Part shown: positions 7,782 to 15,983 of the stretch, piece after piece
Layout of the letters: the number at the start of each line of letters is the position of its first letter
Numbering within the stretch: the first letter of the stretch is position 1
DNA from: Caedibacter taeniospiralis
Lineage (GTDB): Bacteria > Pseudomonadota > Gammaproteobacteria > Francisellales > Francisellaceae
Assembly: GCF_002803295.2 (NCBI RefSeq)
Contig: NZ_PGGB02000004.1
Span: forward strand, 8,841-40,840
Length of the DNA stretch: 32,000 bases
Direction of reading: 5' to 3'
Program-made: the position numbers and the translations under genes
The notes under the pieces: model-generated
Seen by the model: only the letters and a program-made list of their open reading frames with translations
Database searches by the model: none
What the model was told of the DNA's origin: nothing

Positions 7782-10123
7782 TTTGTACCCTTTTTAGAGG
7801 TGGTGTTGGCTTGAGGTGGTATTTGCTTAAACAGATCATTCAATGTATTTTCTGAGCTCTGTTGCAGGTATTGGTTTGAGAGGTTCTTTATGTGCCGTAA
7901 TTTCTCAGTAATGAGCGCTTTATTTTCATTGAGTTTTAAACCTTGCATTGTATTTAACTGATAGAACAGCTTGTATAACTGTTCGCCATTAACCAGATGC
8001 AAGGCTAAAGCTGACTGAGTTAAATCAAAATATTCATTGTTCAATTTAGCTTCAAGCTCAATGGGATCAAATAGAACACTATCGGTTAAAAGCTCATTGC
8101 TTAGCGATGAATCCTGGTGATTTTGGGTTGAAGCATTGGCGTTTTGCTGCAAGTTGGCATCTGTACTACCATTCATCTCATGACTAACTAAGTCTGCATC
8201 TACCCCGTCTAAATAGTTGCTTGTTGTCATACCTTCCTGCAATAGGCTCGAGCTTAGGGGTAAAACATCCATTTTTTTATAGTCATGCTTTCCAAGGGCA
8301 ATTTTAACGGAACGTACAAAAGCGATTCCATAAGGTTCTACCTTTAAAAGGTGGTTAATGGAGATGTGTTTGGTTTTTTTAGGCGCCGCATAAAAAGAGC
8401 GCATGCGTACGATATTTGATTTAAAGAAAACATGGGCCTCGCCTGGGAGCTGATCTTTTAGATCCATCAGATCAATTCTTGCACGTTTCTCAATACCTGC
8501 TTCTTTAGAATCTTTGTAACCTAAACTATTGCCATCCTGCCCCATGTTATAACTTCTAACGGTTGAAACATAAGCCTCTCCTGCTGTTTTGTTAAAAAAG
8601 TCCCAGGTTTCGGTGGGATCTTCAAGCTTCATGCACAACTTAATATTTGTATTTGCAAAAATTGAAGCTGCTTCTTCTTTCGATGCTTTTTGGAATGCGG
8701 GGATGTCTTGCCCTGCAAAGACAACAGAGAATCCAAGTGAGCGTGCCTGGGCAGGAACCACAGCAAACCCTTGTACAGCGTAGTAACCATATTCATCCAG
8801 GATACATAAAAATGGGGTGTCAGAATTAGAAGGTTTAGATTCAATGACTTTTTTGTACTCCCCTTGAATCTTTGAACCAAGACCCGCAGCAAGCATGGCT
8901 TTTAATGAGGCAATAATTAATTTCCCCAAGTTAGACAGCTCATCAGGTGATTTCTCCAGTGCAGGAAGTAAGACCACAAGAATACGCCGATTCAGGATGA
9001 CATCGCTGAAATCAACATCCGCAAGATTAGTGCGCATGATGTGTGCATAAACATCAGCCAGTGAGCCAAATATGCGCGTTAATTGCATGGTGATATAACC
9101 ATGTTGTTCGTAGGTTTTATCCGATTGTTTCCCGACGTTTTTCTGTTGATAGCCAGGCAGAGTTGCAAGGTAGTTATACATAGGATCGGTAACATCAGTA
9201 GGCAAGACCTCCTGAATCATTATTATGTTATTGTTATGATCCAACACCTTTTGCTTATGCAGCAGATCTTCAACAACGTCAAGAATAAAATATCTACGAA
9301 TCGTGTTAGCCTCAAGTAACAGATAACCCTTGTCTCTCAGGTAAACCAACAGGCGCATCAAGGCTTCAACAAAAGAAATTGCTCGACCTTTCCACATATC
9401 GCCATCACCGCCTCCACTATCCGAAGAAGACATCATGCTGACAATCAATTGTGATAACATGCTTGAAGAACCCAAAGCGAAGGGATTTAAGGTATTGGAT
9501 ATCCTGTCTTTTTGGGGACCAATAATATCTTCAGCCCCCGTCATATAGTTGATAACTAACAGATCATCCTCTCGTCCCATATATTTAGCCATCGAAAAGA
9601 CTTGTGCATAAAGAGAATTGTCCCCTTTCCCATCCACATAAATAAATCCCGATCCTTGTGAAAGCGCATTAAATGCGATAGACAGAAGCGTTTGAGTCTT
9701 ACCAGAACCCGTTGAACCAAGAATAAGCGCATGAGTACGCATGTCTTCATCACTAAACCAGATTTCCTGATTAGTGCTGATGTCGTTACCAAAAAAGTAA
9801 AGACCCGATGGCTTTGAAATTTTCTTTTGTAGTAAGTTGCTATTTGATAAATCTGGGTGTTGCGCCCCTAGAGGAAGACGAAAGGGTAATATCGGAATTT
9901 GCCAAAATGCGTTCCAGAAAATTACTAATACAAATAAAAAGAGTAAGTCACTAATAAGGGGTAACCAGGTTAAGGCAAATAATGAGATTAAAATTAAACA
10001 GATGCTTCCTAAGCGCGAGGAAGCTAAGTCATAGATCTGAAAAATTAAACCACGCGTGTCACGGATGCTGTCATTTGGGCGCGCTTCTTGCGCGCGCGCA
10101 AGTCCTCGTAGACCTTTACTCAT
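7778..10123 (-). CDS. dotL: DotL/IcmO type IV coupling protein (VirD4/TraD-family ATPase)
   Basis: 781 aa with N-terminal TM hairpin, Walker A LILGSTGSGKTQTLLS, FtsK/TraD-like core (ILDEYGYYA, VFAGQD) and a long C-terminal tail. Confidence 0.9.
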   Translation of the reverse strand: MSKGLRGLARAQEARPNDSIRDTRGLIFQIYDLASSRLGSICLILISLFALTWLPLISDLLFLFVLVIFWNAFWQIPILPFRLPLGAQHPDLSNSNLLQKKISKPSGLYFFGNDISTNQEIWFSDEDMRTHALILGSTGSGKTQTLLSIAFNALSQGSGFIYVDGKGDNSLYAQVFSMAKYMGREDDLLVINYMTGAEDIIGPQKDRISNTLNPFALGSSSMLSQLIVSMMSSSDSGGGDGDMWKGRAISFVEALMRLLVYLRDKGYLLLEANTIRRYFILDVVEDLLHKQKVLDHNNNIIMIQEVLPTDVTDPMYNYLATLPGYQQKNVGKQSDKTYEQHGYITMQLTRIFGSLADVYAHIMRTNLADVDFSDVILNRRILVVLLPALEKSPDELSNLGKLIIASLKAMLAAGLGSKIQGEYKKVIESKPSNSDTPFLCILDEYGYYAVQGFAVVPAQARSLGFSVVFAGQDIPAFQKASKEEAASIFANTNIKLCMKLEDPTETWDFFNKTAGEAYVSTVRSYNMGQDGNSLGYKDSKEAGIEKRARIDLMDLKDQLPGEAHVFFKSNIVRMRSFYAAPKKTKHISINHLLKVEPYGIAFVRSVKIALGKHDYKKMDVLPLSSSLLQEGMTTSNYLDGVDADLVSHEMNGSTDANLQQNANASTQNHQDSSLSNELLTDSVLFDPIELEAKLNNEYFDLTQSALALHLVNGEQLYKLFYQLNTMQGLKLNENKALITEKLRHIKNLSNQYLQQSSENTLNDLFKQIPPQANTTSKKGTK

Positions 10124-10412
10124 TTGAGCTCACTTTCTCCACTAGTTTTTCACGACCAAATAGCCATTCGCGCACATTCAATAAAAATACCCATAACGTT
10201 ATCTGGTAACGGTTAAGGATAAATAAGAGAATGCACATTGCGATACACAAGCATAATGTCCATGGTCTGAAGTGAAATAAGCAGAGTAAGATAGGCAGGA
10301 ACACCTGTGCTTCGATGATAAAAAATTTGGGCTTTCTGCCGGAGTCTCGCCAGTGAGTTTGACTGTTATGCATTCTGTTTCCCCTTAAACTGCGGCTGGC
10401 AATAAAGTTCAA
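10116..10412 (-). CDS. icmT: IcmT/TraK-like small inner-membrane T4BSS protein
   Basis: HWRDSGRKPKFFIIEAQVFLPILLCLFHFRPWTL matches the IcmT/TraK signature (HWRDS.R...FF.DA..FP...FL.H.R.WT). The likely start is MHNSQ at 10373, overlapping the dotB stop by 8 nt. Confidence 0.75.
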   Translation of the reverse strand: MNFIASRSLRGNRMHNSQTHWRDSGRKPKFFIIEAQVFLPILLCLFHFRPWTLCLCIAMCILLFILNRYQITLWVFLLNVREWLFGREKLVEKVSSNE

Positions 10413-11499
10413 AAGTTTGTGGGCTAATTAGTCCCTTTTGCAGTAAATGATTGGCATGGTGTTCAACAGAAGTGCTGTTTTGCTCCATGGCGTTATTGAT
10501 CATATCTGCAGCATCATCAAGGGTAGATGACAACAGTTTTGCCCTAAGATGAGCATCAAGAATGATGTATTCTCTTAGGGCCGTGCGTTTCCCATCAGCA
10601 CTTGGGATAAGGGTTTGCCAGATGATTGCTGAAACGCTACTGAAAAAATCGTAGTAGATGCGTTGCTTTTCCGCCTGAGGAAAAAGCATCAGCAATCGGT
10701 TGACTGCTTGAGTCACTGATTGACTGTGCAGTGTACTAAAAACGCTATGCCCCGTCAGTGCTGCTTCAATGACCGCCGAAATAGTTTCATTGTCACGTGA
10801 CTCGCCAACCATGATGGCTGTTGGAGTTCGCCTAAGTGCATTTCTAATGGCATAGGCAAAGTTAGGCAGGCACCTTGGAACTTCAGATTGTGCTGCGATG
10901 GAATTTACGGTGTGTGATGGCAAAATATATTCTATAGGCGCTTCAAAGGTAATAATTTTCTCACCGGTGACACTTTTTTTTGCCCGTAATGTCAGCATTG
11001 AAGCAAGCAGTGTCGATTTCCCTGAGCCAGTTGCGCCGCATACCAGAACTATGCCTTTGTCGATAAAACTTAAATTAATGAGATCCTGTGGCAGTAATAA
11101 GGTGTCTATGGGGGGCGGAGTTGTACTTAGAATTCGCATGGAGACTTGAATACCAAGCTTTTCATATTGGTTAATTAAGCTCGCATTAACCCTAAATCTT
11201 AGTTTTTCACTTGTTGTCACATGATGGGTGTAGCTAAAATCTAAATCATTACCCGTTAATACTTTAGCAGAAGCGTTGCTGCCATAGAGCAAATTAATAA
11301 AATCTTCAATTTCATTGCTGCTAAGATTTCTACTGGTAAGCCTGATGTGCTGACCATAGCGCATGCCAAACACAGGGCTATCCGTTTGCGCAGTTAAATC
11401 GCTGATATTATTTCGTACCGCATAAGTTAGCAGCATGTCGTAATGACAATGTAGAAAATAAGGCGGTTCATGCTCAAACAGAGCGGATGCTAAAATCAT
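10366..11499 (-). CDS. dotB: DotB, PilT-like hexameric secretion ATPase
   Basis: 377 aa. Walker A VCGATGSGKSTLLASM, GESRD Asp box, TGHSVFSTLH His box. Follows dotD-dotC as in Legionella. Confidence 0.9.
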   Translation of the reverse strand: MILASALFEHEPPYFLHCHYDMLLTYAVRNNISDLTAQTDSPVFGMRYGQHIRLTSRNLSSNEIEDFINLLYGSNASAKVLTGNDLDFSYTHHVTTSEKLRFRVNASLINQYEKLGIQVSMRILSTTPPPIDTLLLPQDLINLSFIDKGIVLVCGATGSGKSTLLASMLTLRAKKSVTGEKIITFEAPIEYILPSHTVNSIAAQSEVPRCLPNFAYAIRNALRRTPTAIMVGESRDNETISAVIEAALTGHSVFSTLHSQSVTQAVNRLLMLFPQAEKQRIYYDFFSSVSAIIWQTLIPSADGKRTALREYIILDAHLRAKLLSSTLDDAADMINNAMEQNSTSVEHHANHLLQKGLISPQTFELYCQPQFKGKQNA

Positions 11500-11505
11500 A
11501 GTAAC

Positions 11506-12264
11506 TCACTTATTTTTTACCACAGCGTTATCCAGGGGATCAAGCATGACTTGCCACAATTTGGTATTGTTTTGAAATTGTGGCTCAATAGTTAAGTTGA
11601 TCTCATGATTATCAATCGCCAAGTTATGGCTGTCTGAAACAATCGATTTTATCTCTGTTGTGATATAAGGAGGAACAATCATATTACGGTTGATCAGTTC
11701 ATAATACATAAGCATTCCACGAAAATCCCGATTTAATTCATGGACATGTTGCTTAAAGATATCAATAGCCTGCTCGACTCCTTGTTCCCAGCCGTAGTGA
11801 ATTGCGATTTTCCAGATCTTTTGTTCTTGCTCATTCTGTGGCAGCACGGAACGATCAGGGAACTCAGGTTGAGAGAAATTTGTCACTAAGTAATCTCGCC
11901 ACGTAGGAACGGTTGAGACAAAATAGGCTTGTTTTGTAATGTGATACAGCTGACCATTTAGGGTAATTTTACGATTGCCAGCATCAATGTTAGATCGATT
12001 ATAACCAGTTTCAATGACCGGCGGCAAAATGTGGTCAGTGAGTAACAAGCCGTTGAAATTATAGGTTTGGTATAACATGGCTGATAATTTTTGCAGGCTT
12101 TGATTCAGCATGGTTTGACCCTCATATAATCCGCTTTGCGTCCCTAGTTCTAATGCCGCTTCTTTAATAGCTTTTTGCCGCATCGTCAGATGTGATTGGT
12201 CGTACTTAACGATGGGCGCATCGCTGTTTAGATTTGCTAGCTGATGTAAATCGATTGCGACCAT
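11506..12264 (-). CDS. dotC: DotC/TraI-like T4BSS outer-membrane core component, lacking an N-terminal signal or lipobox
   Basis: AIKEAALELGTQSGL, DHILPPVI, VPTWRDYL and NMIVPPYI fit remembered DotC motifs. Lies between dotD and dotB. 252 aa versus ~300 aa expected. Confidence 0.8.
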   Translation of the reverse strand: MVAIDLHQLANLNSDAPIVKYDQSHLTMRQKAIKEAALELGTQSGLYEGQTMLNQSLQKLSAMLYQTYNFNGLLLTDHILPPVIETGYNRSNIDAGNRKITLNGQLYHITKQAYFVSTVPTWRDYLVTNFSQPEFPDRSVLPQNEQEQKIWKIAIHYGWEQGVEQAIDIFKQHVHELNRDFRGMLMYYELINRNMIVPPYITTEIKSIVSDSHNLAIDNHEINLTIEPQFQNNTKLWQVMLDPLDNAVVKNK

Positions 12265-12266
12265 GT

Positions 12267-12752
12267 TTACAAATACCTGACACTGATGACTTTAGCTTCT
12301 GGGTTAATGTTTACACTGGCTTGCTTTCCTGATTGAACAGCAATATCTCTTAGGAGATTTAGTGCTGTGTCGTTGACAGGAGTATCAAGCTGACCAATGA
12401 TAACAATAATCGGGAATGGTGGTGTTTTGCCGAAATATTGGACTTTGTAATTTACTGCTGAGCCAATTTGAGTCAGCACATTTTCTAAAGGTCCATAATA
12501 GGTTAGTGACAACGTCTTTAAAAGCGCTTCATCTTTCACACTAGCAAATGGAATGTCAGGATTACCATAGCGAATTGTGTTAGAGCGATTAAGTGCATTA
12601 AGTGATTGTTGCACAGATTCACTGGAATCTTTCAGCTCATTAATGATCAAGCTGTTAATATACTCAGGCTGGTACTTTTCTGGTGGATTGTTACTGACGT
12701 GACTGCATGCACTAAGCAATAGCAGACTTAACAATAATAGATTCTTTTTCAT
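12267..12752 (-). CDS. dotD: DotD/TraH-like T4BSS outer-membrane lipoprotein
   Basis: Lipobox MKKNLLLLSLLLLSAC|S, 161 aa, N0/secretin-like C-terminal region. Immediately upstream of dotC. Confidence 0.8.
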   Translation of the reverse strand: MKKNLLLLSLLLLSACSHVSNNPPEKYQPEYINSLIINELKDSSESVQQSLNALNRSNTIRYGNPDIPFASVKDEALLKTLSLTYYGPLENVLTQIGSAVNYKVQYFGKTPPFPIIVIIGQLDTPVNDTALNLLRDIAVQSGKQASVNINPEAKVISVRYL

Positions 12753-12808
12753 GGGTGATATTTATCCAAGTGAAGATTGGTTAGGTTTATTGAAGATTGA
12801 CACACGTA

Positions 12809-13264
12809 TTATGATTTATCAAAAATATCTTTATCAATAGTAAACTCTTGAACCGAGTCACCTTTACCCATATTTTTGGAAATCGTTGATTGAAACATCT
12901 GAATTCCAGGGACTAAACAGGTCAGCAAAACGCCAAGTACCAGGTGACCCCCACCGTTTTTAATGTGTTCACCTTGCGATTGGGCGCCCTGGTTATGATG
13001 TTTTCTAAAAAGCTGAATAGCGCTATAAATAAACCACATCCCCACTAAAGTGGCGACAATTGAGATAAATGTCTTTATCTGACTAAAGAAGGTTATAATG
13101 CCTGTTGCCCAGGCCTTAAAATCCCCTGTTGTACCGTCAGCATAGCTTATTGTGCACGTCATGGCTAAGAAGAATATAACCGCCATGGTTTTTGTGATCG
13201 TCGATTTATTGATGTATTTCATGTTTTTCTCCGTTGGTTTGCTTATTGTAAATTTAACTATCAA
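12809..13264 (-). CDS. IcmD/DotP-like small polytopic membrane protein
   Basis: Signal-like segment plus two TM helices (IITFFSQIKTFISIVATLVGMWFIYSAI, HLVLGVLLTCLVPGI). Follows the icmC-like gene, as in the Legionella icmC-icmD order. The start may be MKYINK (13222). Confidence 0.55.
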   Translation of the reverse strand: MIVKFTISKPTEKNMKYINKSTITKTMAVIFFLAMTCTISYADGTTGDFKAWATGIITFFSQIKTFISIVATLVGMWFIYSAIQLFRKHHNQGAQSQGEHIKNGGGHLVLGVLLTCLVPGIQMFQSTISKNMGKGDSVQEFTIDKDIFDKS

Positions 13265-13396
13265 TCTTAATTTCAGTGATTAAACCTTGACTTTGACAAT
13301 ATTTTGTCCAAGTTAAAGTGTGCGTTGCTGGCGTACATTCAACCCTGATCACTCAGGGTAAATAATTTGCCCATACTTCAATTTCACAGATCCTCT

Positions 13397-14017
13397 TTAT
13401 CCACCGTGAAGATATTTCTCAACATCGTAGATGTTGTTGATAATATCCAGACAAGCGGCAGCATTCATTCCAACAATTCCTGCAATCAGGTGACTGATCA
13501 CCTGACCAATTCCCCCCTCTCTTTGCCCCTCAGAGACTTTAATCATGAGAAAAATGCCACGAATTAAAGAAATAAATCCTACAATTGCCAACAGCGAAAA
13601 AATCAAATATTTTTGCGCCACGTCAACATCCTGAGCCTTACTGGCTTCAGATGCGTAGGCACTGATGGCATTAATCGGGTCAAGCGCCATCTCTTTAGGG
13701 AATAAAGTAGTGGTTAGCATGTCCAAAAAACCAGTGATTGACAGTAAGACAACCCCTGCAAAAAACATAAGCACCGTAGTGGACGGTGCATAATAGCGAA
13801 ACATTTGCTGAGTCTTTCCGTGTTTTGTTAAACGGATAAACGCCATAAACAAAATACAAAAACCGATGATGATACCGATCCCACGCACAAGATCAAACAC
13901 GGTGTAGTCCATACCACCTGTACCCGTGCCCCCAAGTAAATTCTTGATGATATCGGTTATATATTGGATGATTTCGCTATCGTTTGTGCTACCAGCTATA
14001 AGTGGCATAGTGTTCAT
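13397..14017 (-). CDS. IcmC/DotE-like polytopic inner-membrane protein
   Basis: 206 aa with ~4 TM helices. First gene of block A, with size and position matching IcmC/DotE (TraQ). Confidence 0.55.
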   Translation of the reverse strand: MNTMPLIAGSTNDSEIIQYITDIIKNLLGGTGTGGMDYTVFDLVRGIGIIIGFCILFMAFIRLTKHGKTQQMFRYYAPSTTVLMFFAGVVLLSITGFLDMLTTTLFPKEMALDPINAISAYASEASKAQDVDVAQKYLIFSLLAIVGFISLIRGIFLMIKVSEGQREGGIGQVISHLIAGIVGMNAAACLDIINNIYDVEKYLHGG

Positions 14018-14210
14018 AGCCTTTGATTTAACCTAAGCCGCATTATTTGTCAGCATCATAGTTTTCTCAACAGATTTGGGATAACTTCATCATTTTGTCT
14101 TAAAGAAGTAATAGTTTTTCAATGAGCTGAAAAATTGCATACATTATGTTACGTAGTTTTACGGTTTTTTCTTTTTGGAAAATATTGTAATATTGCACCT
14201 GAATTAAACT

Positions 14211-14225
14211 GTAATAATATGTAAA
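14211..14225 (+). promoter_or_regulatory. GTAAT-N5-GTAAA direct repeat (CpxR-box-like, 9/10 to GTAAA-N5-GTAAA)
   Basis: gtaat aatat gtaaa read at 14211-14225, in the divergent promoter region between icmC (14017) and the PAS-LuxR gene (14251). The AT-rich context makes chance matches likely. Confidence 0.25.
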
Positions 14226-14250
14226 ATTCATTGCTAATTATGGGGAATAT

Positions 14251-14853
14251 ATGACGCAACATCAATTTGCCTTTTTTGAAAAGGATAAATACGGAAAATT
14301 AGTTAACATCAATAAACAATATTTAACTTACCTTGGAATTCAAGATGAAAAGGAGCTCTGTGGTAAAAGTGAGGTAGACATAGCTGAGCTTAAGCCATTT
14401 CATAAGATGTACTCAATTGGTGAACAGGAAGCTCGTTTGCTTAAGGGTGTATCAGTACAAAAAGAATTATTTTATTTTAGTGATAAGGGTCCTGAATCCA
14501 TTATTACGACACGAACATATCTTAATCTGGATAAAGTCGAAATTAGAGGGTTCTTTTTTAAGATAGCAAAGACGCCAGTAACATGGGATGGTAAAAACCT
14601 CACTATATGGAATTATTTTAAACCTGTGAAATTACCCCTTTTGAAATTTTATGTGCTTACATTAAAATGTCGTGGACACAACAATCTTGAAATCGCCAAT
14701 CGTACTTTCAGAGCAGAATCTACTATAAGAAACATCGTTCAGGACTTATATTGCGCATTTGAGGTGTACGACTTTGTCACGCTGGCTCGTTATTATGATT
14801 TAGGTGGCTGGCTAAATAAACTCACTATGCAATTATTGAGTGAAAGATTTTAG
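14251..14853 (+). CDS. PAS-like sensor domain fused to a LuxR/GerE HTH regulator
   Basis: N-terminal DKYGKLVNINKQYLTYLGIQDEKELCGKS (PAS S1-like). C-terminal LKFYVLTLKCRGHNNLEIANRTFRAESTIRNIVQDLYCAF (LuxR HTH). Confidence 0.6.
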   Translation: MTQHQFAFFEKDKYGKLVNINKQYLTYLGIQDEKELCGKSEVDIAELKPFHKMYSIGEQEARLLKGVSVQKELFYFSDKGPESIITTRTYLNLDKVEIRGFFFKIAKTPVTWDGKNLTIWNYFKPVKLPLLKFYVLTLKCRGHNNLEIANRTFRAESTIRNIVQDLYCAFEVYDFVTLARYYDLGGWLNKLTMQLLSERF

Positions 14854-14858
14854 GCTTA

Positions 14859-15623
14859 CTATTGTTCGTGCTCTTGCTCTTTTGCATGCTGCCACTGAAC
14901 AGGGGCGCTAAACAGATACCCCACTCCATGGACAGTTTTTATTATCTGAGGATTTTTAGCATCAACCTCTATTTTGTTTCTGACTCTCATAACCATCATA
15001 TCTACATTTCGATCAAATCCACTGTATTCTCTACCATACAACGTTTGAACAAGCATCTCTCTTGATAGAGGTTCTCCGTTATTTTCGATCAACAAATGCA
15101 GTATATCAAACTCTCTTGTTGTTAGCTCAACAGACATACCATTAGTGTGCACAAGTGAACGCTCCCTGGTGTTGAAGCACCAATCTTTGAAGTAGGCAAG
15201 ATATGGGTGATGTGGTTCAAATTGTGAGGCTTCTGCTTTTAAAGTTGTTCTGCGTAGCACTGATTTGATTGTGGCAAGGAGAACCTTTGGATTAAATGGT
15301 TTTGTTACATAGTGGTCTGCACCTACCTCATAGGAAAGCACACGGTCAATATCGTCATCAGAGGCTGTTAGCATAATGGTTGGGATAGCGTGTTTAGTCT
15401 GTAGTCTTTTGCAAAACTCAATGCCATTTTCCATCGGTAAATTAATGTCCAGCAAAATCAAGCTTGGTTTTTGTAGATCAATCATTCTCGTTGCATCGCG
15501 CGTGTTGCTTGCAGTGATCACCTGGTAATTAGCTTCAGTTAAACTCTTGGACAGTAAGTTTCTTATTTCCCTATCATCATCAATAATTAGAATGATCGGT
15601 CGTGCAATAATATGTTGTGTCAT
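14859..15623 (-). CDS. OmpR/PhoB-family response regulator (REC plus winged-helix), with no adjacent kinase
   Basis: IILIIDDD...LILLDINLP (phospho-Asp)...TKPF. C-terminal ELTTREFDILHLL...VMRVRNKIE...IKTVHGVGYLF. Confidence 0.9.
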   Translation of the reverse strand: MTQHIIARPIILIIDDDREIRNLLSKSLTEANYQVITASNTRDATRMIDLQKPSLILLDINLPMENGIEFCKRLQTKHAIPTIMLTASDDDIDRVLSYEVGADHYVTKPFNPKVLLATIKSVLRRTTLKAEASQFEPHHPYLAYFKDWCFNTRERSLVHTNGMSVELTTREFDILHLLIENNGEPLSREMLVQTLYGREYSGFDRNVDMMVMRVRNKIEVDAKNPQIIKTVHGVGYLFSAPVQWQHAKEQEHEQ

Positions 15624-15940
15624 TGTGTTTTCTCCCTGTTTTAGTTACATGCACACCTGGCACTTCTTTGTTAGGTAAAGTTCTCATCTGATAACTTAAC
15701 AGCAACAGCTCAATCACTTGGTTTGTTGCTTATGGACTTAACTGAAGTAGTCAAGCATTTATATTGTCAGACAGTAAAACTGCTTAGGATACTTACCCAT
15801 CGTAAATCATCCCCTTAAAGCAATACTGCAAGGTAGCGCCAGTATATACCGTAAGATAGGCTAATTCAAGGTGTTGAATTTCCTTGCGCGAAAAAGTGAC
15901 TGGGGGAGGTAAGGTCTCAACCCTACCGTATTTTAACGTG

Positions 15941-15962
15941 GAGACGGATTAGAACCCGTCTC
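15941..15962 (-). terminator. Hairpin 22 nt downstream of the 272-aa LuxR gene (weak terminator candidate)
   Basis: GAGACGG-attagaac-CCGTCTC, a 7-bp perfect stem with no clear U-run. Confidence 0.25.
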
Positions 15963-15983
15963 TACATTGCGCGCTACCCCGTG

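Noticed and set aside
8589-9792. Several 60-90-aa ORFs on both strands inside dotL (and similar ones inside dotB, dotA, dotO, dotG and dotH)
   Set aside because: They are fully nested in long ORFs with clear family motifs, have biased nonsense composition and no SD. They are treated as spurious.
12265-12294. Programmed -1 frameshift fusing DotD to DotC to supply the missing lipoprotein signal
   Set aside because: Only ~27 nt are available between the dotC-frame stop and the dotD stop. They contain no X XXY YYZ slippery heptamer and no downstream stimulatory structure.
15624-15983. tRNA or Rsm-type sRNA in the long spacer upstream of the response regulator
   Set aside because: There is no cloverleaf with a T-loop GTTCGAATC-like motif, and no series of GGA-loop hairpins with a U-rich terminator. 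Only one 7-bp hairpin and weak stems are present.
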